Below are positions 1 through 11,847 of a DNA stretch of 32,602 bases, one piece after another. The DNA is taken from positions 1 through 32,602 of the forward strand of contig JTLS01000180.1 of the NCBI GenBank assembly GCA_000826855.1, read 5' to 3'. Position 1 is the stretch's first letter; each line of letters starts with the position of its first letter. The notes below the pieces were generated by a model. The model ran no database searches. It was not told where the DNA came from and saw only the letters and a program-made list of their open reading frames with translations. Source of the DNA: Basidioascus undulatus. Its lineage: Eukaryota. Both the position numbers and the translations under genes were made by a program.

Positions 1-109
1 CTTTTGAGGGTGGCTGCAGTAAAGGTTGCGAATCGCTTCTAATACGTCTGCTTAGTCTTCGGGCTAACGCAACACTTTTATTTTTATTTTTTAAATCTTT
101 GACCTCCAG

Positions 110-777
110 ACTAGTGGCGAGCGCAAGGTGCAGGAGTACCGGCAGGATGTCAGCGAGTGCATCCTGGAGATCAAGGCACACTGGAAGGAGCAGGTCCCCT
201 GCAAGGAGCCGCGCTGCGACACGACGACGGAGACCTGCGCGGACACCAAGAAGGGCCATCTGCACTAACACTAAGGTGTTGGGGTGTGGGGCCAGGCCAT
301 GGTATGGTTTCTCCCCTTCTTACCCCGCTTCCCCCTTTCTTTCTTGATGCTGACACACCTCTCCTTCTCCTGCAGGCGAAGGACCTTACCGGCACCATCA
401 CCGCCGCCGCCCCTCCCCACTCCCTCATCACCGACTCTCGCAAGAAGTCCCGCCGCCGCAGCAGCGACGACGGGGACACATCAGTCAACAAGAGGGACAA
501 GAAGGACCGCAGCGTCACGATCAACAACTACATGCTCGGCGCGCACGGCCCCAGCGCACGGACGACTTCCTGCTCACGCCCTCCGCCCGGCGAGGACCTC
601 AATTCCTCCGAGCTCTTCCAGAAGGTCCGCAACCTCGGACCGGCCACGTCCGTGAACATGCTCGCGCTCGTCTTTGACGTCGAGCGGACCAAGGGGATGG
701 GATTCACGTGGGTGGAGGCGGGACGGCTGAAGGGCCGTGCGGCGGCGTACCTGAAGGGGAAGGAGAACATGTGTTGA
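110..777 (+). CDS. 3' part of a spliced hypothetical gene with a C-x4-C-x6-C-x6-H motif; locally frameshifted; likely transposon-associated
   Basis: After acceptor CTCCAG (109) the frame reads TSGERKVQEYRQDVSECILEIKAHWKEQVPCKEPRCDTTTETCADTKKGHL, then hits TAA at 266 and 272, then continues GVWGQAM. Intron GTATGG(302)..CTGAC..CTGCAG(375). Final exon AKDLTGTITAAAPPHSL...GFTWVEAGRLKGRAAAYLKGKENMC* ends at 777. The 5' end lies upstream or outside the window. Confidence 0.6.
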
Positions 778-1140
778 GGGGTTGAGGAGGGGGAGAGGGA
801 TGAGGAGAGACGGGGGAGATGGGGAGGCCTCTTGTTCTTTGGTTTTTTTTTCGTCAAGCTTGACTGCATAGCGCAGCACATAAATCAGATAACCCTTCCC
901 ATTTGTGTGCAGAGGGCAAGTTTTCAGACCCAACAAGAAAGTTGAGAGGCAAAGGGAAGAGGCGTGGAGGTGGAGAGCTCGAGCAAGCGAAAGCCCAGCT
1001 CACGTCGGGAACCCCGACGCGAGCACCAGCTCAACTCAAGACTTGTTACTGTGCCTCCTGTATGCCTCCAGATCATCCTCCAAGTATTCACCAAAAGTCT
1101 GTAAGCAAATTCATGATACAAATAAATAAAGAATAACACC

Positions 1141-2117
1141 TCAAGCCCGGTGCCCGCAATGCCTGAACCACGCCCTGGCCTTCTCCGCCGTGATGACCTT
1201 CCCAGACCTCGTACAGCGCCATGAAGCCGTCCTCCTGCAGGTCACCACATCCCCATTTTCCCTCAAGTAAGCCTTGATAGCTGAAAATGCCAGCTCCGCC
1301 GGCTGAAAGTCTGGGCTGTAGGGAGCGAGGAAGAGCGGCAGCCGTAAGACTGCACAAGCTTGATGATCTCATCAGTCTTGTGGATTGATGCATTGTCAAG
1401 CATGAGGACGGAGTTGTTGAGGGGGTAAGGGTTCCTGAGCGGCAGAACCTCCTTCAAGAAGCGGTAGAACTCGTCAGAGTCGATCGAGCCCTGAACAACA
1501 TCGCAGGCAAGCATGCCGTCACGGGCAATGATGGGCAGCACGGAGAATCGCTTGCCGCGGTGGAAAACGGTCCTCATGGTCACCCGCCCACCAATCGGTG
1601 ACCTCCCATAGACATCCTGGAGGTTCTCTCATCAGAGCTCGCCTCATCCGCCGAGAGAATCTGCCAAGGCTTGTAGAACTCAAGGTACTCCGTCCAGAAT
1701 GCAGTGCGCTTGACCTCATCACGCTCGGCAGCCGATCGAAAGCTTCTTCTTCGAGAAACCTGCACGCATGAGGACCTCGCAAAAGATGGTGGAGGTGGTG
1801 GAGGTGGAGATGCGCTTGTCAAAGGCGCTCCCAAGGTTCTTCCGCAAACGAGCCAGGCGTTGGGGCGGGTCGATACGAACTGAGCGATGAGGAAGTCTGA
1901 CTCAAAGTCTGAAAGCGCTCAAGGACACCCGCGGCGTTGAACAAGCGCAACGCAACGGCGCTTTCGTTGACTGAACCAGTGCTCAAGTAGTTGTCGAAGG
2001 CCCGCTCGAAAGTGCGGGTCGAAATGTTGAGGACGCGAAGAAGCGCTCCACCGGCACGCCGTCAATTGCAAGCTTGACGGCAGCGACCTCCCCTTCCGAG
2101 ATCGAGCGGTACATCAT
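1141..2117 (-). mobile_element. IS630/Tc1-mariner-type DDE transposase gene, interrupted by several frameshifts
   Basis: Minus-strand pieces in changing frames: N-terminal HTH-like MMYRSISEGEVAAVKL...LNISTRTFERAFDNYLSTGSV; AAERDEVKRTAF...ILSADEASSDER (D1); RGKRFSVLPIIARDGMLACDVVQGSIDSDEFYRFL...SVLMLDNASIHK (D2); LFLAPYSPDFQPAELAFSAIKAYLR (E, about 33-34 aa after D2); C-terminal ITAEKARAWFRHCGHRA* with TGA at 1143-1141. Confidence 0.9.
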
Positions 2118-3283
2118 TGAAGGTGTTTGAAATTGATGGTGAATATGAGTTGTAAGTTGTGGAGTGTGTTATGGGAGAGCAGAGGCGTTGAGGAGAACAG
2201 CAAGGGAGCACGCCACGTGGACGCATAGCGCTGTGGCGCGATTCCCACGAGGACTTGTCTCTGCATGGTGAGGCCCCTGCCCAGGCCGACACGCGCACGG
2301 CAAGCTTTTTGCAAAGCGCTGTAGGATCCCGGGGAGGCGACGGTGGCTAGGTGGACCGCTCGTCCACACCTAGTGAGGGGCGAGGCTTCACGAGCGAGCC
2401 GGTCAATGGGGGTCCGATACGGATGAATTGAGCGTCAATATTTATGTGTACCTGCCGGAGGGTCAGCATCTCCGAGTGAGTCCATCTAAGCACGCAAGAC
2501 GCGGGGTTCATGTTTAGGGCAAAGCGATGGCACTCCGGCGCAGGAGGATGAGGAGATCAATAGCGAGCACCTTCGAAAATGGAGGGTAGGCAAATGATGC
2601 ATGAGTGAATATGGAAGCGCCAGCAATTATTCAGAGCAGATTGATAGCGCGCATGCGTGGTAGTCCGGCGAGGTTGAAGCGAGGCTCGACGGCGAAGCAT
2701 GGGCAAGGGGTGAAACCGCGCAGTTCGCGAGTGAGCGAAATCGAATGAATTGCGAAGGGCGTAGCGACGTGATATAAGAGCGTCTCCAAGCGTTGAACGT
2801 GCCATGATGGGCTGCCCCAAATGCAAGCGTGACCGGCGCTTCAAGCACCATTCATTTCATCCATCCGTCCAATCGCGTCCGGACTCCCAACACCCGACTC
2901 AACCACACGATGTCCTCCGTCGGAAAAAGCTCACCTATTTTGTGTTCAGGAGCGGAATGAGGACAAGGGCGAACGACGGCGAGGACGACCAGCATCACTC
3001 GGAGATGATGGGCGTTCGAGGGCAAGAGCAGACTGCGAGTGCGCGCGGCGATTGTCTTCCCCCGTGTCCCCTCCAAAGCCCACGATATTGCGTCTTTCAT
3101 GCTACTAGTTGCCAATATGCTTTGCACCCAGGTATACCATACATTTGCTGAATAAGGCTCCTACAACAACATTGTAGGGAGGAACTATTCACGAAGAGTG
3201 ATCTGCCGGCTCACTAGACTGCCCGGACCTTCGTGCGCCTTGCCTTGTTATCCCTTCGTCTCAACCGCCTCACCCCGTTCACG

Positions 3284-4097
3284 ATGTTCCTACTGCTTTC
3301 CTCTCCCCCAGAACCCATCCAAATCCCGACGCACGACCTCCCCACCCTCCTCGCCTCCGACTCGTCCCTCTACCCCTCCACCCTCACCCTCCAAACCCTC
3401 CGCTCATGGTACCGCGCCGCGCCCCAGCTTTTCCTCTCCTTCCTTCCATCCTCCCCTTCCCCAACGCACGCACCGTCTACCCTAGTCTTACTCCCGCTCC
3501 GCGCTGCGCCCTGGCGGGCGCTCGTCGATGGCCGGCTGAAGGAAGAGGACATGCGGGAGGAGATGCTGAGTTGGGACGGAGAGGCCGAGGAGGGCGTGGG
3601 GCTGCATGTGTGGCATATTGAGCGTGGGGAGGGGTGGGATGGACGGAGAGGAAGGTTCGGGGACGTTTGCTGGGCGGCGTTGGAGGAGGCTGTTAGAAGA
3701 CGAAGGGAGAAGCGGTGGAGAGGGAGGGTGCTTGGGCTCTCGGGTGGGTTTCTTTCTCTGCTTTCCGGGTTCCGCTATGAATTTCTAGAACTGAACTGAT
3801 CTCAACTCTTGTAATCACACTCCAGCCCTCACCGTCACTCGCCCCGGCCACGCGCTCTTCGCCCGTTTGGGCTTCAGCGACTCTCCAGCCTTCCCGCGGG
3901 AAGTGATCCTGCGAGGTGGCGAGGGATCTCTCCGGCGTGTGCCTTACGCTGGATCTACAAACGGACATTACGCGGGCGAGGAGGTTGTGGGCCAAGTGCG
4001 GATGATGGTTCGCAGTGCGGCAGACTGCGAAAGGACGGAGAGTGATGCGAGCTACTCGGTTGGCAGGACCTGTCTAGAGCGGATCCTTGGGGGGTAG
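3284..4097 (+). CDS. hypothetical protein, possible GNAT-like fold (2 exons: 3284-3743, 3826-4097)
   Basis: ATG at 3284. Intron GTGGGT(3744)..CTGAT..TCCAG(3825) joins in frame, giving ...VGLHVWHIER...RVLGLS|ALTVTRPGHALFARLGF...EVVGQVRMMVR...*. The ALxVTxxGxxLFxRLGF segment resembles GNAT motif B. Confidence 0.65.
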
Positions 4098-5096
4098 ACC
4101 TGAAGATTTAAGGGATTGAGGATTGCTTTTATAAGCTGGGATGGGTGTGGAGCCTGCGCATATTGGCTCGCTTGTTGCATTCTGTGAGAGCGCCACTTCG
4201 CACTCTGCAGCCATACGTCCAGCGACATTCGCTTTGTCCGTGTCTCCCCGGACTCTCCTATACATAACATCATGCTGTTCAAATGGTTCGTGTCAATGCA
4301 GAAAGTCAGTATCGGGTGAACGCAGTTTACAGTGACACGCGGCGCCGGACGTGCCGCCCGTCGCTCTGCTACACATACTCAATGTCCGGCTTCTATTCAG
4401 CAAGAAACCCCCTTGACATGTGCCTTTGAGTGATTGAATGAATTCAAAAACAATTAGACTGGCTGTTTTATCAGATCGTCCCCGCCCAAGCCACGCGAAG
4501 TCGCGAGGTCGGTGATGCGGATGAAGAATCTGGCGATGACATGGCCATTTCAAGACGATAGGAACAATCAGTCAGAACTAATACCGAAACCCATAAGTGT
4601 GTGGAAAGTTTTCCAACTGGGTACCAGTCGGTATGGGTGGGCATTCAAAGCATGTAGAAGAGGATGGTGGTCGAGGGGTCAAGGAGGCCTCGGAGGGAAA
4701 CCTCCACGGCCGCCTCTCAAGCCGGTTTACTCTTCGATTCCACCAAGCCCCCAATAAAAGAAACCCGGTGTGAAGGTTGCAGGAGCGGTTATCCCAGGTC
4801 CGCCTTAGCTTCACACGCTGATAGTTTTCGGTACCAAACAAGTGTCGGTGGCACTCATACAGCGCAGTGGGACGTAAATCAGCCACATAAACGAGTACCT
4901 TCAACAAATTTATAAACTGGGGGTGGAAAGTTCTCTGCCTGGGTAAAACCTGCGGGTGTTCTGCACAGCGCCTGACAATCCCTGGAAAAGCTGGTGCCCG
5001 GCGGGTGGTGTTGAACAGTTTCCAAGCGCGCCAAAAGCTAGGCAAGAGTATTTTTGCGCATATATAATAATAAGTCTTATTGGGACCAGTTTATAT

Positions 5097-6595
5097 CTAC
5101 TGAGGGAGCTCCAACTCGAATCCGGACTTCGAGATCTCGTCCGCCTCCTTTGCGACGAACGCCGGCGCGCCGGTGTACCACGCCTTCCCCTCGGTCTTGA
5201 CGACCCACTCCGTTCGCCGCAACGCCTTTTCCACCGGGGATGCCATACCTCCTCCACCGTCGTGCCTGTGAAGGCGCCGTTGCCTGCGGCCAAGGACACG
5301 ATCGAGTGGTAGTGCTTGGGCTGGTTGGGCGCGAGGCGGCCTTTCGCATAGACCAATACGACTCGCGCGCAGACGCAGGAGCCGCTGGGGGAACGGTCGA
5401 TTTGCCTGAATGACGGGACGGAGTGCGTCAGTCGTGGGGCAGCAATTAAAGGGACGGCAGGTACTCACTGGTCTGCAAAGAAGCACAGGCCTGTCTCCGC
5501 AGAGGGTAAGCCAGGACTCGGCTCGCCGACGGTGTCGTCAACTACCATGACAGAATCTGGTTTCCGGATTGGAATGTAAGCTTTCGGGCTTGAGAAAGGT
5601 CTAATAGAACTCTCACAGAGGCATGACAAGTCCTTCTCGGCAGGATGCCGCACGTGAGCGTTGAGCTCGGGAGTCTCCACGGTGAGGCTCTTGAGGCGCT
5701 TCGACGCCCTGTCCAGCGCCTGCAAGTCCGCCCTGCCCAAGCCGTTCTCAAACCCGAGCGCGTAGAACCCCCCCCCCCCTAGCNCCCCCCGTAGCTGATG
5801 TCGAGCCTGAGGCTTCGCCGGTCGCCGAGCTCCGGCCAGCGGTGCGACTCGGACATAGGCACCTCGAGCGCGATGGCGGTTGCGAACGAGGGCACGGGAG
5901 ACGGGCTTGGAAGAGTCGGCAAGGCCGGACGGGAGCACCGGGACGCTCACGCGCACGAGCCCGCACGGCGCGTGGATGTTCACTACCGTCGTACTTGTCG
6001 TGGGGTCGAAGGTCAGCGCCTGCCGACGCGGGAAGCTGTCGGTGTCCTGCGTGTCGACTAGGAAGCGCCCGGAGGCGATGGTGGCATGTCCACACACTGT
6101 AGGAAAGAGGAAGTAAGACGCTAAGGGAACACACAATGAATTGGAAAGAAGAATGTGAGGTGCACTGGTCGAAAAAGCCTTCGTTGCGGGTGAAGATGAC
6201 ACCGATGTCCGCGTCGCCCGAGGCGGTGAGCTCCGTGTTCTTGGTAAGGATCGCGCCGTACATGTCGCGGTGCCCGCGCGGCTCCCACATGAGACTGAAA
6301 CAGAAAATCGTTAAGCATGATTGGTGATTGGCCGCGATATTGTGGAACGACTGATCGCTTCCGCAGATAGTCGTAATCGCGCTTCGCCTGAGCGCGCTGC
6401 TCAAGTAGCGTGCCCTGCAGCTCGGGGAAGCCTTTCACAATGACACTGGTTGGCTGAAACTCGTAGATTATTAGTATTAATTAAGTTGCTGTGAGGGCTA
6501 AAACTCACCTCGCCAGTCGTGTGCATCTCCACGGCGAGGATCGGCTCTGCAGCGCCGCCCCTGGACGGCTGAACAATCGAGTTGAAGATGTTCAT
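5097..6595 (-). pseudogene. proline racemase family (trans-3-hydroxy-L-proline dehydratase-like) pseudogene
   Basis: Family motifs: EMHTTGEP, LMWEPRGHRDMYGAIL, NEGFSTMCGHATIA, DISYGG.FYA, QIDRSPSGSC, EGKAWYTG. Lesions: intron-2 donor reads ATCAGT instead of GT (6355); one extra T in GFST (about 6172-6176); frameshift near 5897; apparent deletion after FYA; frame break near 5245. Confidence 0.88.
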
Positions 6596-8743
6596 GATGC
6601 TTGGGACCTTCTAGGAGAGAAATAGTCATTGTAGGAGGGCAGGCGGTCGTTGGAGAAGGCCGCCGAGTCGAAGTACGGGAGGGGATGCAGCCAGCAAACG
6701 AGAGCGAGTCAGGCACGACTACGTATTGCCTTACAGCGTTTCTTTCTTCCGTTCGCGCTCGCTCCAGGCGCACTATCGAGTGATGCTGGAGTGAGCACCG
6801 GGAGGGAGCCGCTCAAAAGCGAGCCTATAAATATTGAATTGCAGCATAGCTCTCTAAGAAAGAGCAAGGCCATGTGTATGTGCGGCCGCACGAAGCCGAC
6901 ATGGAGCTGACACTGCGACATGTCCAACTGGCTGCAGCCGCAGTTGCACTGGTAACACGTTGCGACCAGTTTGCACCACCTCGTCGCTCCACCCTTTTAT
7001 AAGAGTAGCGTGTACTTTTCAAGACGGGCGCCAGGAGAGTGCGCAAGACTACGGGCTGACAAGTGGGCTCCGAAGACTGCAATAGACTAATGCATATGGA
7101 CACCCCGCTGCGCAGCTGTGTCCGCCTGCGAGACGAGCTCATCGCTCCATCTCACACCATATTAATAAATATGAAGATCAAAAGACGTTGTTCTGAAAAT
7201 TTTGGGTGCATGCGACCGAAGAGAAAGACGCCACGAAAGGCGTTCGGAGTGCGTATAGCACCGCACGGACATGCATGTTGCGGACAAGCGGCACGCCCAA
7301 GACGGCTAGCTGGGCGAGACTGGGTTTCTTTCGCAAATTGAATGGAAATCTTCATACCTTGGAGAGATAGGTTAGGTGGAATGAAGAAGTAGCTTTAAAC
7401 CTGCTTGCTAGGAAGTCGGTCCCCGCTATCCGCTAACACCGTAGGAGGACGGCGCTGAAACGAGCATGGGAGTACGTTTCGCTGAGCAAAAAGAGGGTAA
7501 AGTAGGGATGTTTGGTATTGTCTAATGATACATTTCAACCCGGAATTTCCTCAAGTCAGCATGACCTTTATGTGGGCCGGGGTGTTCCGTCTGGCGCTTC
7601 GACCGCCGCAGCGGAGCGGCCCGTGAAGGAAGTCATGTTTTTGGCTTGTTAACCGAGGGACACTGGTTTGTTATGCAAATGGAGGTAATCTTCATACACA
7701 AACACCAAGCTGGTTTTTGGAGGAGGTGCATGCGGTCCAACTGCGAGCCTGCAGCAGTATGGCTTGTGTTGCAGCATAGCATCGCGGCACACAGGATAGC
7801 GTTGCTCCTAAACTGAGTATTCATTTTACTGGAGTGCATAATGAGATCTGAAGACTACTGTTTATCAGACGCAGCTACAGACACGCGGGCTTTCAAGAAA
7901 GGACTGGAGGTCACGCTGGAAGATCGCGCGTGCTGGAGATCAGCGACCAATCAGCCAGGATAGCGCGCGTTCTATGTTGGTTTTGGCGGTATGTAACAAT
8001 ATGTATTGGGAAGTAATATGAATGGTGAATAAACTGCATAAAATGCTGAGGAAAGTCGCAGTCAGAAGATGTCGTTATCAGGACTGCCGGTGGCGTGCCA
8101 CCGTCAGCGCTGCTACACCATCTCGACTGCTGCCTTGGCTGCCTCTTCTTTCTCTTCCGTTGGATTCGAATGTGAATTTCCCTTGACTGCTCAAATAGGC
8201 ATTGGGCGCAATAGTATGACTGGGCGTTTCACAGCGGTGCTCGCAGGAATCCGCGAGACGTCCGTCGGCAGCGCTTGGCCCGCGCCTGTCCGGCCCGTTC
8301 ACGTCCGTTCAGCCGTCCTCCTGTCTCGTCTCTCGTTTCGTTCCACCAAACCACCATCATCGCACAGCAATCACAGCAGATTCTTTTCACAGCCGACACA
8401 CCCAAGCCTACGCCGAGTCGGGAAGCAGGCACACGGAAAGCGGTAGTCCTGCCGCAGAGATCGCACTGATCGACACTGGAGACGACTGGTACGCAGCCTT
8501 CCATTCGGTGGATGGCCACGGGCTCACACTTGTTCGGTCTGGAAAGAGAGCGCTTTCCTCGTCGGGCCTCTACTCTATCGCAGGCGCTTCCATTTTGTAC
8601 GAAAGCAGGCAAGCTTGAGGCACAGTCATCATCCAGTAGGTGTCGCTATCGCCACACCCGGGCGCTCCACCCGCCCAGTCATGCCCCTGACATTCTCACC
8701 TGCCGTTCCACTGTCCGTATCTGCTCAGCACTCGCATTCAACA

Positions 8744-11280
8744 ATGTCCGCCTCGTCCTCTTCCTCCGCGTTTTCCTCAGACCGATTCCCGTCCTTCCCG
8801 ATGGACATCTCCCCCGTCGGCTCAGCCGCTTCCTCAGCGTACTCGTCCATGTCCCTAGACTCCTCGCCCGACTTCGACCCCCAGGATCCGTTCAACCTCC
8901 GCAAGGAGCAGCACGAGCAGCGCAAGCGCGAGCTGGAGCACCGGGGGCACGAGGCCGAGCGGGAGGCGGAGGCCAGCGCTGAGGAAGACGGCGCCGACGA
9001 AGCCGAGGAGGAGCACCCAGATGCAGACGAGCGCTTCCACTCGACCCCCACCTCGTCCTTCGCCCCCGCCTTCCCGTTCTCCTCCCGCCGCTCAGTCTCC
9101 CCCGAGCTCGCCCCTGTCCCACTCGCGGCGCTCCCCACCCCGCCGCCCTCACACTCGCGTCCGACCCGCCTCAACCTCCCCTCGTGGCGCTCGCTCTCGC
9201 GCGACTCGGCGCGCTCCTCGTCCTCGGACGAGGACGACTGGCGCAACCGCCAGTCGACAACGATGTCGCCCCTCACCCGCCCACGACTGCACCGGAACAC
9301 TACCACTCCGCCCGTGCCGGCCCCAGGCGCAACAACCTCCTCATCGTACTTCGGGACCTTTCCCCCTGCGCCTGCCGCCACCGCTTCCCCGCCACCGCCT
9401 TCGGAGTCCTTCGAGCGCAGCATCTCCGAGATCCGCTCCATCCGTCTTCCCTCGCCTGCGCCGTCGCCCACGCCGGCACATGCCTCGGACTGGGACTCGC
9501 TCTTCGACATCCTCAACTCGCGCACGCCGTCCCCAGCGGGCCACCAGCAGCACCACCGCCGTCCAGGCGGGCTTGGTGTGAGTGGGCGCATGCGTGGGCC
9601 AACGAGGGCTGCAAACGAGTCTTGGCTCGGCATCGGGCTGTCGTCGTCGTCGGCAACGGAGCGCCGCGAGCCATCTCCCGCCCTCGCGCGCCCGCAAACC
9701 CCCCTGCACGGCACGCACCGAGCGCGCTTCGTCCCGCTCGGCCCATCCCGCTCGAGCGAATCGCCAGATCGGACGTCTTCGCGCTTCGCACCGTTCGAGC
9801 AGTCGCGGCGGGCCACCCCGCCCGCGACGCCGTTCTTCCCCTCAGCCTCATCTTCTACCGCCGCGGCCCCTTCTGCTTCCACCTCGTTTTCTTCCACTTC
9901 TTCCGCTGCGCGGCCGCAACTCCCGCCTCTCCATCTGCCCGCACCAACCCGCACGTCCCGGCCGCAACTCGCGTCCCGCCTGCCGGACCTGTTCGCAGAC
10001 GTCGAGGACGAGGACGAGGACGATCCGGCCCCGGCGCCCGCGCCCGCGAGGCAGCCGGCCATGCTCTCGGCCGGTCGCGAGGGCAGGCGCTGGGGAGACC
10101 TGATACAGCAGGAGGCGGAGGAAGACGCTCGCCGACGGCGGTTCGAGCCGCCGCCATTCGTCCTCCCTCCGCTGCTCGGCGATCTCGCGCACCACCCGCA
10201 CCGCCAGCCCGAGCCGGCTGTGAGTGTGTCGGACGACAGCGACGAGGCGGACCTCGACCTGCTCAACCTCGTTGCGTCCCGGCGGGCCGCGCGCTTCGCC
10301 TCGCTCCGCTCGCGCCATGCGGGCTCGGCGGTGCGCAGCACGCGCATCGCTGACGACGAGGACAACGACAACGACCGGGACCTCCCGTCGCACCCGCCCT
10401 CGCCGGGCGGGTCCGCAGAGCTCTTCTCGTCCCTCCTCACCTCCTCGCCGCACCGCTCCTCGTCCTTCTTCTCCTCGCTGCGACACCGCCGCACGTCCTC
10501 CTCCACCTCCCCCGCGAACCCCCCCTTCTCGCACCCGGCGCCCGCCCCGCTCTCCCCCACCCGCAGGCTCTTCCGCACCCTGCTCGGTCGGCCCTCCCAC
10601 TCCCCCAGCGCCTCCAACGCGATCGAGTTCGTCCCGTCCTACTTCGGCGGGCTCGCCTCGTACGGATACGGGTACGGCGGCGCGGTGGGCGATTACATGG
10701 ACGATGATGAGCTGGATCTGAGCTACGAGGGCCTGCTGCGGCTCAGCGAGGCGATCGGCGAGGCACGCCCGAAGGGCGTGAGCAAGGAGTGCTTGGATGG
10801 CCTTCGGAGCGTCGATTGGGGACAGTGGGTCAGGGAGCAGGGCGATACGGAGAGGAGGTGCCCCGTTTGTTTGGAGGACGTATGTCGGCCGCTTAGTGCT
10901 GGGAGGTAGGGGACTCAGGCAGCTGACGTTGGGGTATGGCGGCGCTACAGTACGCGCCTGAAGACATCCTCACTTCCCTCCCTGGGTGCGCCCACGCATT
11001 CCACAAGTCCTGCATCGAGGTGCGTTCGATCTGCCTTCCCCCTCCCCCTCTTTCCGCCCTCCGTCTTCCTCGCGTGCCCTTTTTGAACCTCACCTCCCTC
11101 TCGCAAACTCAGACTTGGCTCGGCCACTCCTCCAAGTCCTGTCCCGTCTGCCGGGCAGACGTCGAGGCCGCGTCGGCGCCCGCGCCGCGCATGCCGCACC
11201 ACCCGCCGCACGCGCACCCGCACCCGCGGACGGCTACGACGACTGCGAACTGGCGCGAGTTCGGCCCTCGCGGGCTGTGA
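8744..11280 (+). CDS. RING-H2 E3 ubiquitin ligase with long Ser/Pro-rich disordered N-terminus (exons 8744-10879, 10951-11019, 11113-11280)
   Basis: Spliced C-terminus reads LSYEGLLRLSEAIGEARPKG...CPVCLED|YAPEDILTSLPGCAHAFHKSCIE|TWLGHSSKSCPVCR, a C3H2C3 RING. Both introns are canonical GT-AG. The start ATG is in ACAATG context. Confidence 0.9.
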
Positions 11281-11847
11281 GGTTCAGAGTGGGTGCTGCG
11301 TGGTGTTGGCTCGTTTCGCGGAGACACACACACACTTTTGTCGTTTGTCTGTTTCTTGGTGTCACGCACCTCCCGTTTCTTGGTCGCCCTTGATGAACTT
11401 CTCTCGCCATCGCGTGCCTATTTCTTCTCTCTTTCCACTCTTCTCCGGGTCCGGCTCGCTCTTCCCTCTCGCATGTCTCTCAACAGTTTCTCGTCCCTCT
11501 CTCTTGGTTTCCTTCGTCTTTCTTTCTGCAGTCTGCTTTGCAGTCATCGCCACACGTCTCGCTTCTCGCTTCTCGCCTCTGTCCGCACCCCGCTCGCACA
11601 GTCTTGCTCTACGATCATCTCTTTCACCTTCCAACCACACCACCTTACACGCACACCGCCCCGTCACTGTTACTGCCCTCTATGCATTCGTCTTTTTCAC
11701 GCAGCCATGTCTCTTGCTAGTCCCCGTCCATCCATTACTTCTCTCGAGCCGTTGCAGATTAGGTACAAGTTTACCTCAAGCTCTTCGGAGCAAGACAGGA
11801 GGGTTCACTTCCGTCCGAGTGCAGGCGGAAACAGATGCAGCGACCCG

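Noticed and set aside
4300..5090. 155-aa minus ORF in an AT-richer stretch, as a gene or MITE
   Set aside because: No family motif, coherent splice model or terminal inverted repeats were found by eye.
6800..8250. Long intergenic region inspected for tRNA, snRNA or transposon ends
   Set aside because: No cloverleaf, A/B-box pair or convincing repeat was seen; a covariance-model search would be needed to exclude ncRNA.
8725..10617. 630-aa antisense ORF and other long overlapping ORFs over the RING gene
   Set aside because: These are shadow ORFs expected from GC-rich codon bias opposite a real gene; they carry no independent motifs.
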